Below are positions 55,120 to 63,044 of a stretch of 64,000 nucleotides of DNA, piece by piece. How positions within the stretch are numbered: position 1 is the first letter of the stretch; every line of letters begins with the position of its first letter. This stretch comes from a virus (Duplodnaviria > Caudoviricetes), in IMG/VR virus record IMGVR_UViG_3300046786_000304, positions 1-64,000 of that record. One strand, given 5' to 3'. The position numbers and the translations under genes were made by a program. The notes beneath the pieces were generated by a model. The model was not told the DNA's origin. It saw only the letters and a list, made by a program, of their open reading frames with translations, and did no database searches.

Positions 55120-56292
55120 TTATTTAAATTGTTCGCTGAACGCATCATATTTAGTGCCACATGTCTTGGCACAAACTGCTAGCTTTCCTTCAGCACAACT
55201 TGGTTTATTCCAACTATTAGGGATTATTTCTTGTATAAACTTTCCATTCACTACATCTTTAATGCCATGTTTTTTTAAGTCTAATGAATCTAAGCCAGCT
55301 TCATTGATAGCAGACCAAATCTGTCCGCCTTGCTCTTTCCAGTACCAAACATACATCTGTCCAGCAGTCCAGCAACAAGGTTGTAAGTATCCTTCGGCAG
55401 TAACATAAATGCTTTTCTCTTCTGATACTTTGCATTTAATAGGCACAGAGTCCCAGTATTTTTCCATGGGCTTTTTTAATTCTGGATCTGTGTTAAATTT
55501 TTGTCCGCCTACTTTATCTTTAAGAGCTTCTACGGTAGTTATTAATTCGTAGGGATCAGACTTTTGCCCTGCTGTTATATTTGCTAAATTTTTAATGGCA
55601 GCATTGTGATACTTGGGATTAGTAGGCATTGCCAATAATGCTGTGGCAGACCCTTTACGATTTCCAGCTTGATGTTCTTGTTTAACTTCGCCTCGAGTAT
55701 TACTAAAGAAGCGATTACTCTTTTTGATATTAAATTTCTCAAAACCCATTTTGGTGGCCAATGCTTCGGCTTCTTCTACTTGATGTTCATTGTGTGCGAA
55801 TACTATATAATCCCATCGTGCTCTCCCGCCGGCATCAATGAATGCCTGTGCGTTTTCCATTATTTTTTTCCACACAGTACCTTGACGATATAAATGATTA
55901 GTATCTTCCAATCCATCTACACCAAATATAACATAACCCTTTTGTCCAATTACACCAGCAAGCTCTGCCCACCACTCTGGCTTTTTCATACTGCCATTGG
56001 TGTGCATACTAAGATTAAGTTTTGGATTGTGTTCTCTAAAATAAGCAAATGCTTCCAGCGTATCTGACGCTACAGCAGGGTCGCCATAGTTTCCGCACAT
56101 ATATAAACGGTTTAATTGTTTGATAAAATCTACGGGGAATATCTGTTCTATATCAGCAATACTAAGTTCAGCACCGTGTAACAATGGACTAACTTCGCCA
56201 CCATTTAAGTTCCTAGCGCACATAGGACAAGAGGCGTTACACGCCTCTGTCATTTCTAAATGCACAGTGGTAATATCACTGTAGTTATACAT
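55120..56292 (-). CDS. Radical SAM protein, subtype B
   Basis: HLEMTEACNASCPMC; GNYGDP; TNGS; IKC...PCCW...CAKTC. Confidence 0.93.
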   Translation of the reverse strand: MYNYSDITTVHLEMTEACNASCPMCARNLNGGEVSPLLHGAELSIADIEQIFPVDFIKQLNRLYMCGNYGDPAVASDTLEAFAYFREHNPKLNLSMHTNGSMKKPEWWAELAGVIGQKGYVIFGVDGLEDTNHLYRQGTVWKKIMENAQAFIDAGGRARWDYIVFAHNEHQVEEAEALATKMGFEKFNIKKSNRFFSNTRGEVKQEHQAGNRKGSATALLAMPTNPKYHNAAIKNLANITAGQKSDPYELITTVEALKDKVGGQKFNTDPELKKPMEKYWDSVPIKCKVSEEKSIYVTAEGYLQPCCWTAGQMYVWYWKEQGGQIWSAINEAGLDSLDLKKHGIKDVVNGKFIQEIIPNSWNKPSCAEGKLAVCAKTCGTKYDAFSEQFK

Positions 56293-57149
56293 TATTTTAC
56301 TCCGTAAAGAGCATACCTTTTGTATTTAGGAAACGTAATTTCTCCGCGATAGTATGTTGTTGTTACTGGATACTTTCTTAAAAAGTCCGGCAATGTCTCA
56401 GAGTAATTAACATGCTCGTCAATTGGATCACTATTATTTTCGATGAATACTGTTGTGCCTGGTTTTAATTTATCAAACCATTCAGTGTTCATGTGCTCAC
56501 TGCTAGTATTGATAACCAAATCTGCTTCAAGTACTTTATCATAAAATGTTAAATTATTATCCATATCAAAGCAGTCATTGATAAGCTTATTTTCTACGTA
56601 AGCTTCAGGATTAATAATAGCGATAAGTTCATTTATATTGGCATCAGGATCTATGCTAAACAATTTATTGTAATTGATATCTTTAAGATATAAACTGTGA
56701 TGTGTTAGCCAGCCGCCAATAAGCAATACATTGTTAAAGTTTAAATTAAATTTAGATAAAATTTCTGCCATCCAAATCTTACTAAGAACTTGACTCTTAG
56801 AAAAAATTACAGGTAGTACATCTTCATATCCTTGATCTACTATTTCAAACAGTTTATGAATAAATTCATCTTCGGGCCAAATAGAATGCAATGTGCCAAC
56901 GATTTCTCGTGTAGTAATTTCATCTCTTGAACAGACATTTGTATAAAAATTTAAACGGTCTTCCCTAAATGCCACTGGATACTTACTATAGTCGTCGCTG
57001 ATTAAATTTTTAAGAGACCAAGGTTTTGATTGTTGATCTGCGTATTTCAAGTTTATAATGTTTCTAATAAACTGCTTTTTTCTTACGTCTTGAATAAAGT
57101 GAAAATACTTTTCTATTCCAAAGAGCCATGTAATTTTATCTGTTTCCAT
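56292..57149 (-). CDS. Class I SAM-dependent methyltransferase-like protein
   Basis: SQVLSK.W, LLIGGW, SIDPD, DLVINTSSEHM Rossmann-like pattern. Confidence 0.5.
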   Translation of the reverse strand: METDKITWLFGIEKYFHFIQDVRKKQFIRNIINLKYADQQSKPWSLKNLISDDYSKYPVAFREDRLNFYTNVCSRDEITTREIVGTLHSIWPEDEFIHKLFEIVDQGYEDVLPVIFSKSQVLSKIWMAEILSKFNLNFNNVLLIGGWLTHHSLYLKDINYNKLFSIDPDANINELIAIINPEAYVENKLINDCFDMDNNLTFYDKVLEADLVINTSSEHMNTEWFDKLKPGTTVFIENNSDPIDEHVNYSETLPDFLRKYPVTTTYYRGEITFPKYKRYALYGVK

Positions 57150-57825
57150 CTATTCCTACCCATTTATAAAATTGTGTTTGCAACCAATCAAAATCATTTA
57201 CTATAGTAAAATCTACATCCTTTGATCTTGCGTATTTCTCGCCTTGTCGTGCGCCATGTACAGCAAAATAGCCGTATTGAGATTCAAGGCCAGCGTTAAG
57301 CCACATATTAAGTCTATCAAGACTTTCATCATCGTTATTGTTTTTATTAATTCCGGCACTTAGTTTAACTGCTTCTCTAAATGCTGTGCGCCAAGTAGCA
57401 TAGGGTGTATAGTTAAATCTATGTTCGCTGGCTAATATGTTTAGTTTGATATATCCATCTGCCAAGCTAGTTGTCATGTCAGGACGGTCTAGTCGTTCTG
57501 CACTAAAACAATCTTTGGAAAATAATTTAATACCACCATGGCCATATACTAATCCATTAACAGGATTCTTGGCACGAAATACTGCTACATATTTTGGTTT
57601 AAGTTCTATTTTTTTGTCAAAGGTAAATCCATCTACTATCCAGCAATCTGCGTCAACTACATAAAATCTATCTTCTTTACATAAACTAGCAATATGTTTG
57701 TGACTTTCAAATATTGTGCCAATACTGGCTATTGCTTCGGCCCATGGAGCAACTTGCAACAAACGTTGCCAATTCTCATTGAGGTTATCTTCGTCAGTGT
57801 AAAGAAAATATACAGGCGTATTCAT
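57136..57825 (-). CDS. GT-A-like glycosyltransferase paralog 3
   Basis: DEDNLNENW, YVVDADC (DxD), LVYGHGGIKLF, WRTAFREAVKL; start moved to 57825. Confidence 0.65.
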   Translation of the reverse strand: MNTPVYFLYTDEDNLNENWQRLLQVAPWAEAIASIGTIFESHKHIASLCKEDRFYVVDADCWIVDGFTFDKKIELKPKYVAVFRAKNPVNGLVYGHGGIKLFSKDCFSAERLDRPDMTTSLADGYIKLNILASEHRFNYTPYATWRTAFREAVKLSAGINKNNNDDESLDRLNMWLNAGLESQYGYFAVHGARQGEKYARSKDVDFTIVNDFDWLQTQFYKWVGIDGNR

Positions 57826-57826
57826 A

Positions 57827-58858
57827 TCAGTATTTAGGTAATGTAAATCCATATAACGGCAATGCGCTTTGATTCAATAGCGCAGGCCAACCTAGGCCTT
57901 TGCCAGGACTGATATGAACATGCTTGAACCATATACTTTGTTCTGCGTCTAATTCAGCCAAAGGCAAGCCTAAACTATCTCGCAAATCTGTTAGTAACTT
58001 ATGATTATGACTTTCTAAATATTCGCCATGCGATAATATCTGCGACTGTGTTTCCCAGAATTTATGAAACCAATCATAGTCAGCAATAACAGTATGATCA
58101 AAGTTTTCAACATACAACTTATATGCGGCCAAACGTGCGCCATAGATAACCCATGCGCCGTTTTCAATGTCGCGGCCAACAGTCATCCAAATTAGCCAAC
58201 GAGCATAGTTAGCAGGATACATTTTGTGTTTAAAATCATGTAATGGAACTTTGTTGCCTTGATCCAAGCCCATTTTGATACCTTCTCTGAACCCTGCTCT
58301 AAATGCTTGCTTGGCACTAGAGTTATTATGAACAACACCATATGTATTATTCATTTGTTTATAGTTTTCTGGATCCCAACAAAAGTCTACATTGTTTGTA
58401 CCATCTTCTGGATCAGCCGCTTCATGACTTTTCATGTTCATAACATGTTTCGTATACCATAACTTAACACCGCCATTGCCATAGACTAGGCCATTAACAA
58501 TGTTACGACTACTCCAACTTAGTGTAGCTTCGGCAATGTCAGGTGTAATCTCCACGCTTTTTGTCCATATACTTTTATCTATTTTACAATCTGCATCTAC
58601 TGTAAAAAATCTAGGACTGTTAGCAATTCTTCCTGCTTGTTTATGTGCAGCATCAAAGCCTTTAACTCCGTGTACTCTATATACTTTTTCTGCGTTAGGA
58701 TGATTATCTAATAGATACTGAAAATTTTCATCTGCGTTAGGCTCATCATAACTTAAAAAGACCACAGGGATATCTTTTAATTTCAATAAAGGGTTTTGCT
58801 GTGTTTCTTTTTTAACAGCTTTTTTAATTTTATTGTCCAGTGAATTTAGTAAACTCAT
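57827..58858 (-). CDS. GT-A-like glycosyltransferase paralog 2
   Basis: FLSYDEPNADENF, VHGVKGFDAAH, FTVDADC, LVYGNGGVKLW, FRAGFREGIKM. Confidence 0.7.
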   Translation of the reverse strand: MSLLNSLDNKIKKAVKKETQQNPLLKLKDIPVVFLSYDEPNADENFQYLLDNHPNAEKVYRVHGVKGFDAAHKQAGRIANSPRFFTVDADCKIDKSIWTKSVEITPDIAEATLSWSSRNIVNGLVYGNGGVKLWYTKHVMNMKSHEAADPEDGTNNVDFCWDPENYKQMNNTYGVVHNNSSAKQAFRAGFREGIKMGLDQGNKVPLHDFKHKMYPANYARWLIWMTVGRDIENGAWVIYGARLAAYKLYVENFDHTVIADYDWFHKFWETQSQILSHGEYLESHNHKLLTDLRDSLGLPLAELDAEQSIWFKHVHISPGKGLGWPALLNQSALPLYGFTLPKY

Positions 58859-59579
58859 TTTTCATCCATTCTAAATCATTAATAACACGCAACGCTTCTG
58901 GATTGTCTGCGTGTTCTAATCCGTAATCTTGGCCTTGCTTGGCACCTGCTATAGCATACTTACCAAACGGTCTTTTTGCACCTTTTGTTGTCCAAATCTT
59001 AAGACGCTGATTGCTTTCTTCCACAACCTTATCAATTGCTTCGTCATTATAGTTTAATTTATGACGTAGTTCTTCATTGGTTAAATTAGTAGCTAACTTA
59101 ACACATTCCCTGAACGCACTACGCCATGTACTAAACTCATCATAGTTAAACTTAGTAACATTACTGACTTGATCAAATACTTTAATGCTTAAACCAAATC
59201 CTGTGGTAAAGTCAACTGTGTCTGGATTTTTAGCTAATAAAGAGTGCTTAGGTAACAGTTTAACACCGCCGTGTCCATATGTCAAGTCGTTTATTGGGTT
59301 GACGCTGTTCCACAAACACAGACATTCACTTTCAGGTATGCCCCACCATGTGTTGTACTTACTGGGAGTAAAGAAAAATTCAAAGTCTTTTAATATAATT
59401 GCGTCACTGTCAACTACATAAAAGTTATTAGTAAGGCTTCGACGAGCACATTCTTGATGTGCTGCCGTGAAACCTTTAATACCATTGACACGCCGAGCAT
59501 GTGGAACTTTCTCTAATAGAAGTTCATAGTTTTCGTCGGCGTAGGGTTCGTTATAACTGAGAAAGAATACGTCAAGCAT
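58830..59579 (-). CDS. GT-A-like glycosyltransferase paralog 1
   Basis: FLSYNEPYADENY, VNGIKGFTAAH, YVVDSDA, LTYGHGGVKLL, WRSAFRECVKL. Confidence 0.7.
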   Translation of the reverse strand: MLDVFFLSYNEPYADENYELLLEKVPHARRVNGIKGFTAAHQECARRSLTNNFYVVDSDAIILKDFEFFFTPSKYNTWWGIPESECLCLWNSVNPINDLTYGHGGVKLLPKHSLLAKNPDTVDFTTGFGLSIKVFDQVSNVTKFNYDEFSTWRSAFRECVKLATNLTNEELRHKLNYNDEAIDKVVEESNQRLKIWTTKGAKRPFGKYAIAGAKQGQDYGLEHADNPEALRVINDLEWMKNEFTKFTGQ

Positions 59580-59587
59580 TATACGAG

Positions 59588-59593
59588 TATTTA
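59588..59593 (-). promoter_or_regulatory. TAAATA late-like box at the head of the GT/radical-SAM operon
   Basis: Intergenic, 8 nt before ATG 59579. Confidence 0.45.
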
Positions 59594-59603
59594 ATATTTC
59601 TAC

Positions 59604-61076
59604 TCATGATAATACAGGCACATTGTATTTCTTGTAAAAGTCTTTGGCATGTTTTAAGTTGTTAACCATTGGTTGACCTTTAATGTTCAAACTGGTATTC
59701 AACAACATCGGGCAGCCAGTTTCGCTATACCAATTTTCTAATAATTTACGGAAACCGGGACTGTCATTTTTACCCACTGTTTGTACACGACTAGTTCCGT
59801 CTTTGTGTATGATAGCAGGAAACTCATCAGGACGAGTACAACGAGCAACGAACTGCATATAAGGACTAGTATCAATATTTTTTGGCATATCGAAATAGTC
59901 ATGTACATGTTCTTCTAAGATTGCTGGCGCAAATGGTCTGAATTGTTGTCTACGTTTAATTGCGTTAACTGTGTCTTTGATTTCTGGTCCACGTGGGTCT
60001 GCTAATAAACTGCGGTGTCCTAGAGCTCTGGGGCCGAACTCGGCTCTACCACTGGCCACGCCTACAATTTTGTTTGTTTTAAGTATGTCAATGGTTTGTT
60101 CAACAGGATATTTCTTTCCCATGTTTGTGCCAAGATATGCACCTGGCCATGTAACTTGCTCACCAAAGTAAGCGGCAACTGCGCCTACACTTGATCCGGC
60201 ATCTCCGGGGTTTGGCATAATCCAAACATTGTCCCAGTCGCCGGTAATCTCACTGTTAGCCACACAATTAAGAGCGCAACCACCCATTAATATAAGATTG
60301 TTACTGGGCAAATGTGCGTTGGCCCACATACTTAATTGTTGTAACAGTTCTGTGTATATTTGTTGTGTAGCGGCTGCAATGTCGTAGGTGTCTTGTAAGC
60401 TAACTAGATCTAAACGCCAATCTGGACAGCCTCTGTGTAAGTTACGTTTGAATTTAATTTCTGGAGCACGAATAGTCTTAAAGAAATCGTTGTATATGTC
60501 TGCTTTGTATTTGTTAGGATCACCATAAGCAGCCATGCCCATTAAAATATATTCTTCTTCGTTGGGTTTTAGTCCACAACGCTGTGTCATAGCACTGAAC
60601 CAGATACCAATACTGTTAGGATAACTTTGACTATAAACTTTCTTTAAGTCGTTGCCTTCGCCCTGCCATATTGTTAGACATTCAAACTCACCGATACTGT
60701 CAATGACAATAACTGTAGCATCTTTGTATCCGCTGGTATAATAACCTGCTGCCGCATGGCTTTCATGATGCTTGCCAAATACAACAGGCTTGTCTAAATT
60801 GTACTTAGATAGATATTGTTTGATATTGTTTTCTTTAACACGAAGTCCTTGTCCAGCATATAATTGACGAACAGTTTTAAGCCATGGCTTTTCATACCAA
60901 ACAATTAAGTCTGGCTCGCCGTACTTCTTTGCGTCTGCTATAATGCCTTCACACAAATCTCCGTCATTCTTAATGCCAGAATAACGTTCACTGTGGCCGG
61001 CAAATTTGATTTCTTTATCATGCCAAACGCTTATGGCAGCATCATGGCTGTTGGCACTAATTCCCCAAATGTTCAT
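59604..61076 (-). CDS. Carbamoyltransferase (NodU/CmcH family)
   Basis: HDAA...SERYS, HHESHAAAGY, VIDSIGE, MGMAAYG, AEFGPRALGHRS, RPFAP, LNTSLN. Confidence 0.95.
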   Translation of the reverse strand: MNIWGISANSHDAAISVWHDKEIKFAGHSERYSGIKNDGDLCEGIIADAKKYGEPDLIVWYEKPWLKTVRQLYAGQGLRVKENNIKQYLSKYNLDKPVVFGKHHESHAAAGYYTSGYKDATVIVIDSIGEFECLTIWQGEGNDLKKVYSQSYPNSIGIWFSAMTQRCGLKPNEEEYILMGMAAYGDPNKYKADIYNDFFKTIRAPEIKFKRNLHRGCPDWRLDLVSLQDTYDIAAATQQIYTELLQQLSMWANAHLPSNNLILMGGCALNCVANSEITGDWDNVWIMPNPGDAGSSVGAVAAYFGEQVTWPGAYLGTNMGKKYPVEQTIDILKTNKIVGVASGRAEFGPRALGHRSLLADPRGPEIKDTVNAIKRRQQFRPFAPAILEEHVHDYFDMPKNIDTSPYMQFVARCTRPDEFPAIIHKDGTSRVQTVGKNDSPGFRKLLENWYSETGCPMLLNTSLNIKGQPMVNNLKHAKDFYKKYNVPVLS

Positions 61077-61213
61077 CGGTATATAAAAGGATCTCGTTTG
61101 CGTAGTTCTTCTAAACGCTTTTTAAGTTGTTCTTCATAGTCTAACTCTTCCTGTGTTTTTTGTTTTTCTTCTTGTACAGGTTCTTGTTGTGGTTGTTGAT
61201 TGTTGTTTTCCAT
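61073..61213 (-). CDS. 46-aa peptide coupled to the carbamoyltransferase (absent from the ORF track)
   Basis: MENNNQQPQQEPVQEEKQKTQEELDYEEQLKKRLEELRKRDPFIYR; ATGA overlap with the downstream gene. Confidence 0.7.
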   Translation of the reverse strand: MENNNQQPQQEPVQEEKQKTQEELDYEEQLKKRLEELRKRDPFIYR

Positions 61214-61218
61214 AACGA

Positions 61219-61226
61219 TATTTATA
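61219..61226 (-). promoter_or_regulatory. Exact T4 late box TATAAATA, 5 nt before ATG 61213
   Basis: tatttata on the plus strand, intergenic. Confidence 0.65.
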
Positions 61227-61228
61227 AG

Positions 61229-61771
61229 TTAATTTACAGAATATAGTTCAGGATATTCTACTAGCACGTGAATTCCTTTTTCTTCTGTGGCTATTTTATA
61301 CGATTCAGAGATGTCCTTGGGTGTCTTTAAATTATAAAATTTAACATTTGGGCAAAGGCTTTTAAATTCTTCAAAGTAACTGCCTTTGTGCTGATGTCCA
61401 GGATCTAGTGGCTTGTCGCTGCCTTTGCCTAGTCTAATTATAATATGCGCTTGTTTGCCAGTCATTACTTCGAACTTGTCTAAATGGTTAACTAATTGAT
61501 TGGTTGCGCTAATAATAAAGTCCCATCGCGGATAAAAGCTAACAACTGTTTTACCTGTCATTGCCATGCCCAAACTCATGCCCATTTGTGTTTCTTCCAT
61601 AACAGGAAGTTCAATCATTTTATCTTTGGGAACATTGCCTAATGTAGTACTCATTGGGTTTCCTGCGTAAACAATTTGTTGTCCAATAAAAAGTATATTA
61701 TCCTTGGCTGCCAATGTAGTCATAGCATCAGTTAATGCGTCTTTATATGGAGTTGTTTTCGGTGCTGTCAT
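61229..61771 (-). CDS. Transketolase/2-oxoacid dehydrogenase E1-beta pyrimidine-binding domain (stand-alone)
   Basis: IELPVMEETQMGMSLGMAMTG, YPRWDFII.ATNQLVN, PGHQH, VLVEY. Confidence 0.85.
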   Translation of the reverse strand: MTAPKTTPYKDALTDAMTTLAAKDNILFIGQQIVYAGNPMSTTLGNVPKDKMIELPVMEETQMGMSLGMAMTGKTVVSFYPRWDFIISATNQLVNHLDKFEVMTGKQAHIIIRLGKGSDKPLDPGHQHKGSYFEEFKSLCPNVKFYNLKTPKDISESYKIATEEKGIHVLVEYPELYSVN

Positions 61772-61773
61772 TT

Positions 61774-62628
61774 TTAAATTTCTCTTTCTAAATGTTTTAT
61801 TATGTTATCTGCTATTACGCGATGACATAATTTTGAAGGGTGCATGTCCACGGGTGTTTCTTCAAATTCTGCGGTATCACTGTATATAGTTAGTTCAGGA
61901 TTCTTTAAATTGCCGCCTTGATCTTTTACCATCATATGTTCTATGCTAGGATAAGATTCCCCGTTATAATCAAATTTGATCATTTTATTTCTTAGCCAAT
62001 CATCTTGTTCTATATAATCTACAATGTCAGTAGGCCATGACATTATATAAACTTTAATTCCACGATCTGCAAACGTTTGTAAAAATTCTTTGGCTTCTTG
62101 TATTTCTTTTTTCTTGGCTTGATCAATATATTGATCTACAGTTAAGTTATTATCGACGAGCCAAACTGCCATTTTAGAATCAGCCAGGATATCGGAATGA
62201 GTAGAAGGATAAGGTTTTCCTAATCTATTTGGACTATGTGCTCTGTGCCATTGTGTAAACTGATAAAACACGTGGCTAATATCTTCGTAATTATACGTAG
62301 GCGGTACTGCGGGATGATTTCCTTTGTTTTTCTCAGGATCATTTTTGTCCATAAAGCATCTACGCCACCAATCGTGTATACTATAACTTGCGCCGCCGTT
62401 CCATGGTTGACAAAGTTCAAATGTATTAAAATGATTTGCTACTAATCTAGGAAATCTCAGGGACTCCATATATTTTATATGAGTATCCTGTACTAACTTG
62501 GGATCATAGCAATTAGCTTGAGGTTCTTTAAGGGTTGGCATATTTGAATAATAATACAAACCCTGGCCCCATGTAAAACTACATCCAGCAAATATCATTC
62601 CCCGAGTAACGGGACTTTGACGTTTCAT
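61774..62628 (-). CDS. SGNH/GDSL-like protein
   Basis: FAGCSFTWG, WNGGAS, DMHPS...H..IA. Confidence 0.65.
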   Translation of the reverse strand: MKRQSPVTRGMIFAGCSFTWGQGLYYYSNMPTLKEPQANCYDPKLVQDTHIKYMESLRFPRLVANHFNTFELCQPWNGGASYSIHDWWRRCFMDKNDPEKNKGNHPAVPPTYNYEDISHVFYQFTQWHRAHSPNRLGKPYPSTHSDILADSKMAVWLVDNNLTVDQYIDQAKKKEIQEAKEFLQTFADRGIKVYIMSWPTDIVDYIEQDDWLRNKMIKFDYNGESYPSIEHMMVKDQGGNLKNPELTIYSDTAEFEETPVDMHPSKLCHRVIADNIIKHLEREI

Positions 62629-63044
62629 TTATTCTTATCTGGCCAACTAATTTCCCAGTCTTTAAAGTCAGCTGCCAAGCAGTCTACTTTATAGTCCTTG
62701 CGTCCGCCAACACTTTCTTGAATTACGTTTTTAGCAGTATTACGAATACCATTCAAACCATGTGTTAGTTCAAGGTTGTTACCATCCTTGATACCACGAC
62801 GATAGTTACTTTCGTTGTGCCAAATGTGTAGGTTCATTTGACTTACAACAACAATAGCACGAATAACGTCAGCTGTAATTTCAGCATCTTTTTCTTCAAG
62901 TATCAATTGTATGTCATGGACAATGTCAGAAATTTCCTGACTGTATTCTTGTTTATATTCAGGAATAAAAACTTCTTTAAGTTGAACAATGCTCAAGCGG
63001 TCAACTAGGTCACCTAATGTATGCAAGTATTTTCTCTCAGTCAT
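62625..63044 (-). CDS. All-helical hypothetical protein
   Basis: TLGDLVDRLSIVQLK, LNGIRN.AKN; coupled on both sides. Confidence 0.7.
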   Translation of the reverse strand: MTERKYLHTLGDLVDRLSIVQLKEVFIPEYKQEYSQEISDIVHDIQLILEEKDAEITADVIRAIVVVSQMNLHIWHNESNYRRGIKDGNNLELTHGLNGIRNTAKNVIQESVGGRKDYKVDCLAADFKDWEISWPDKNK

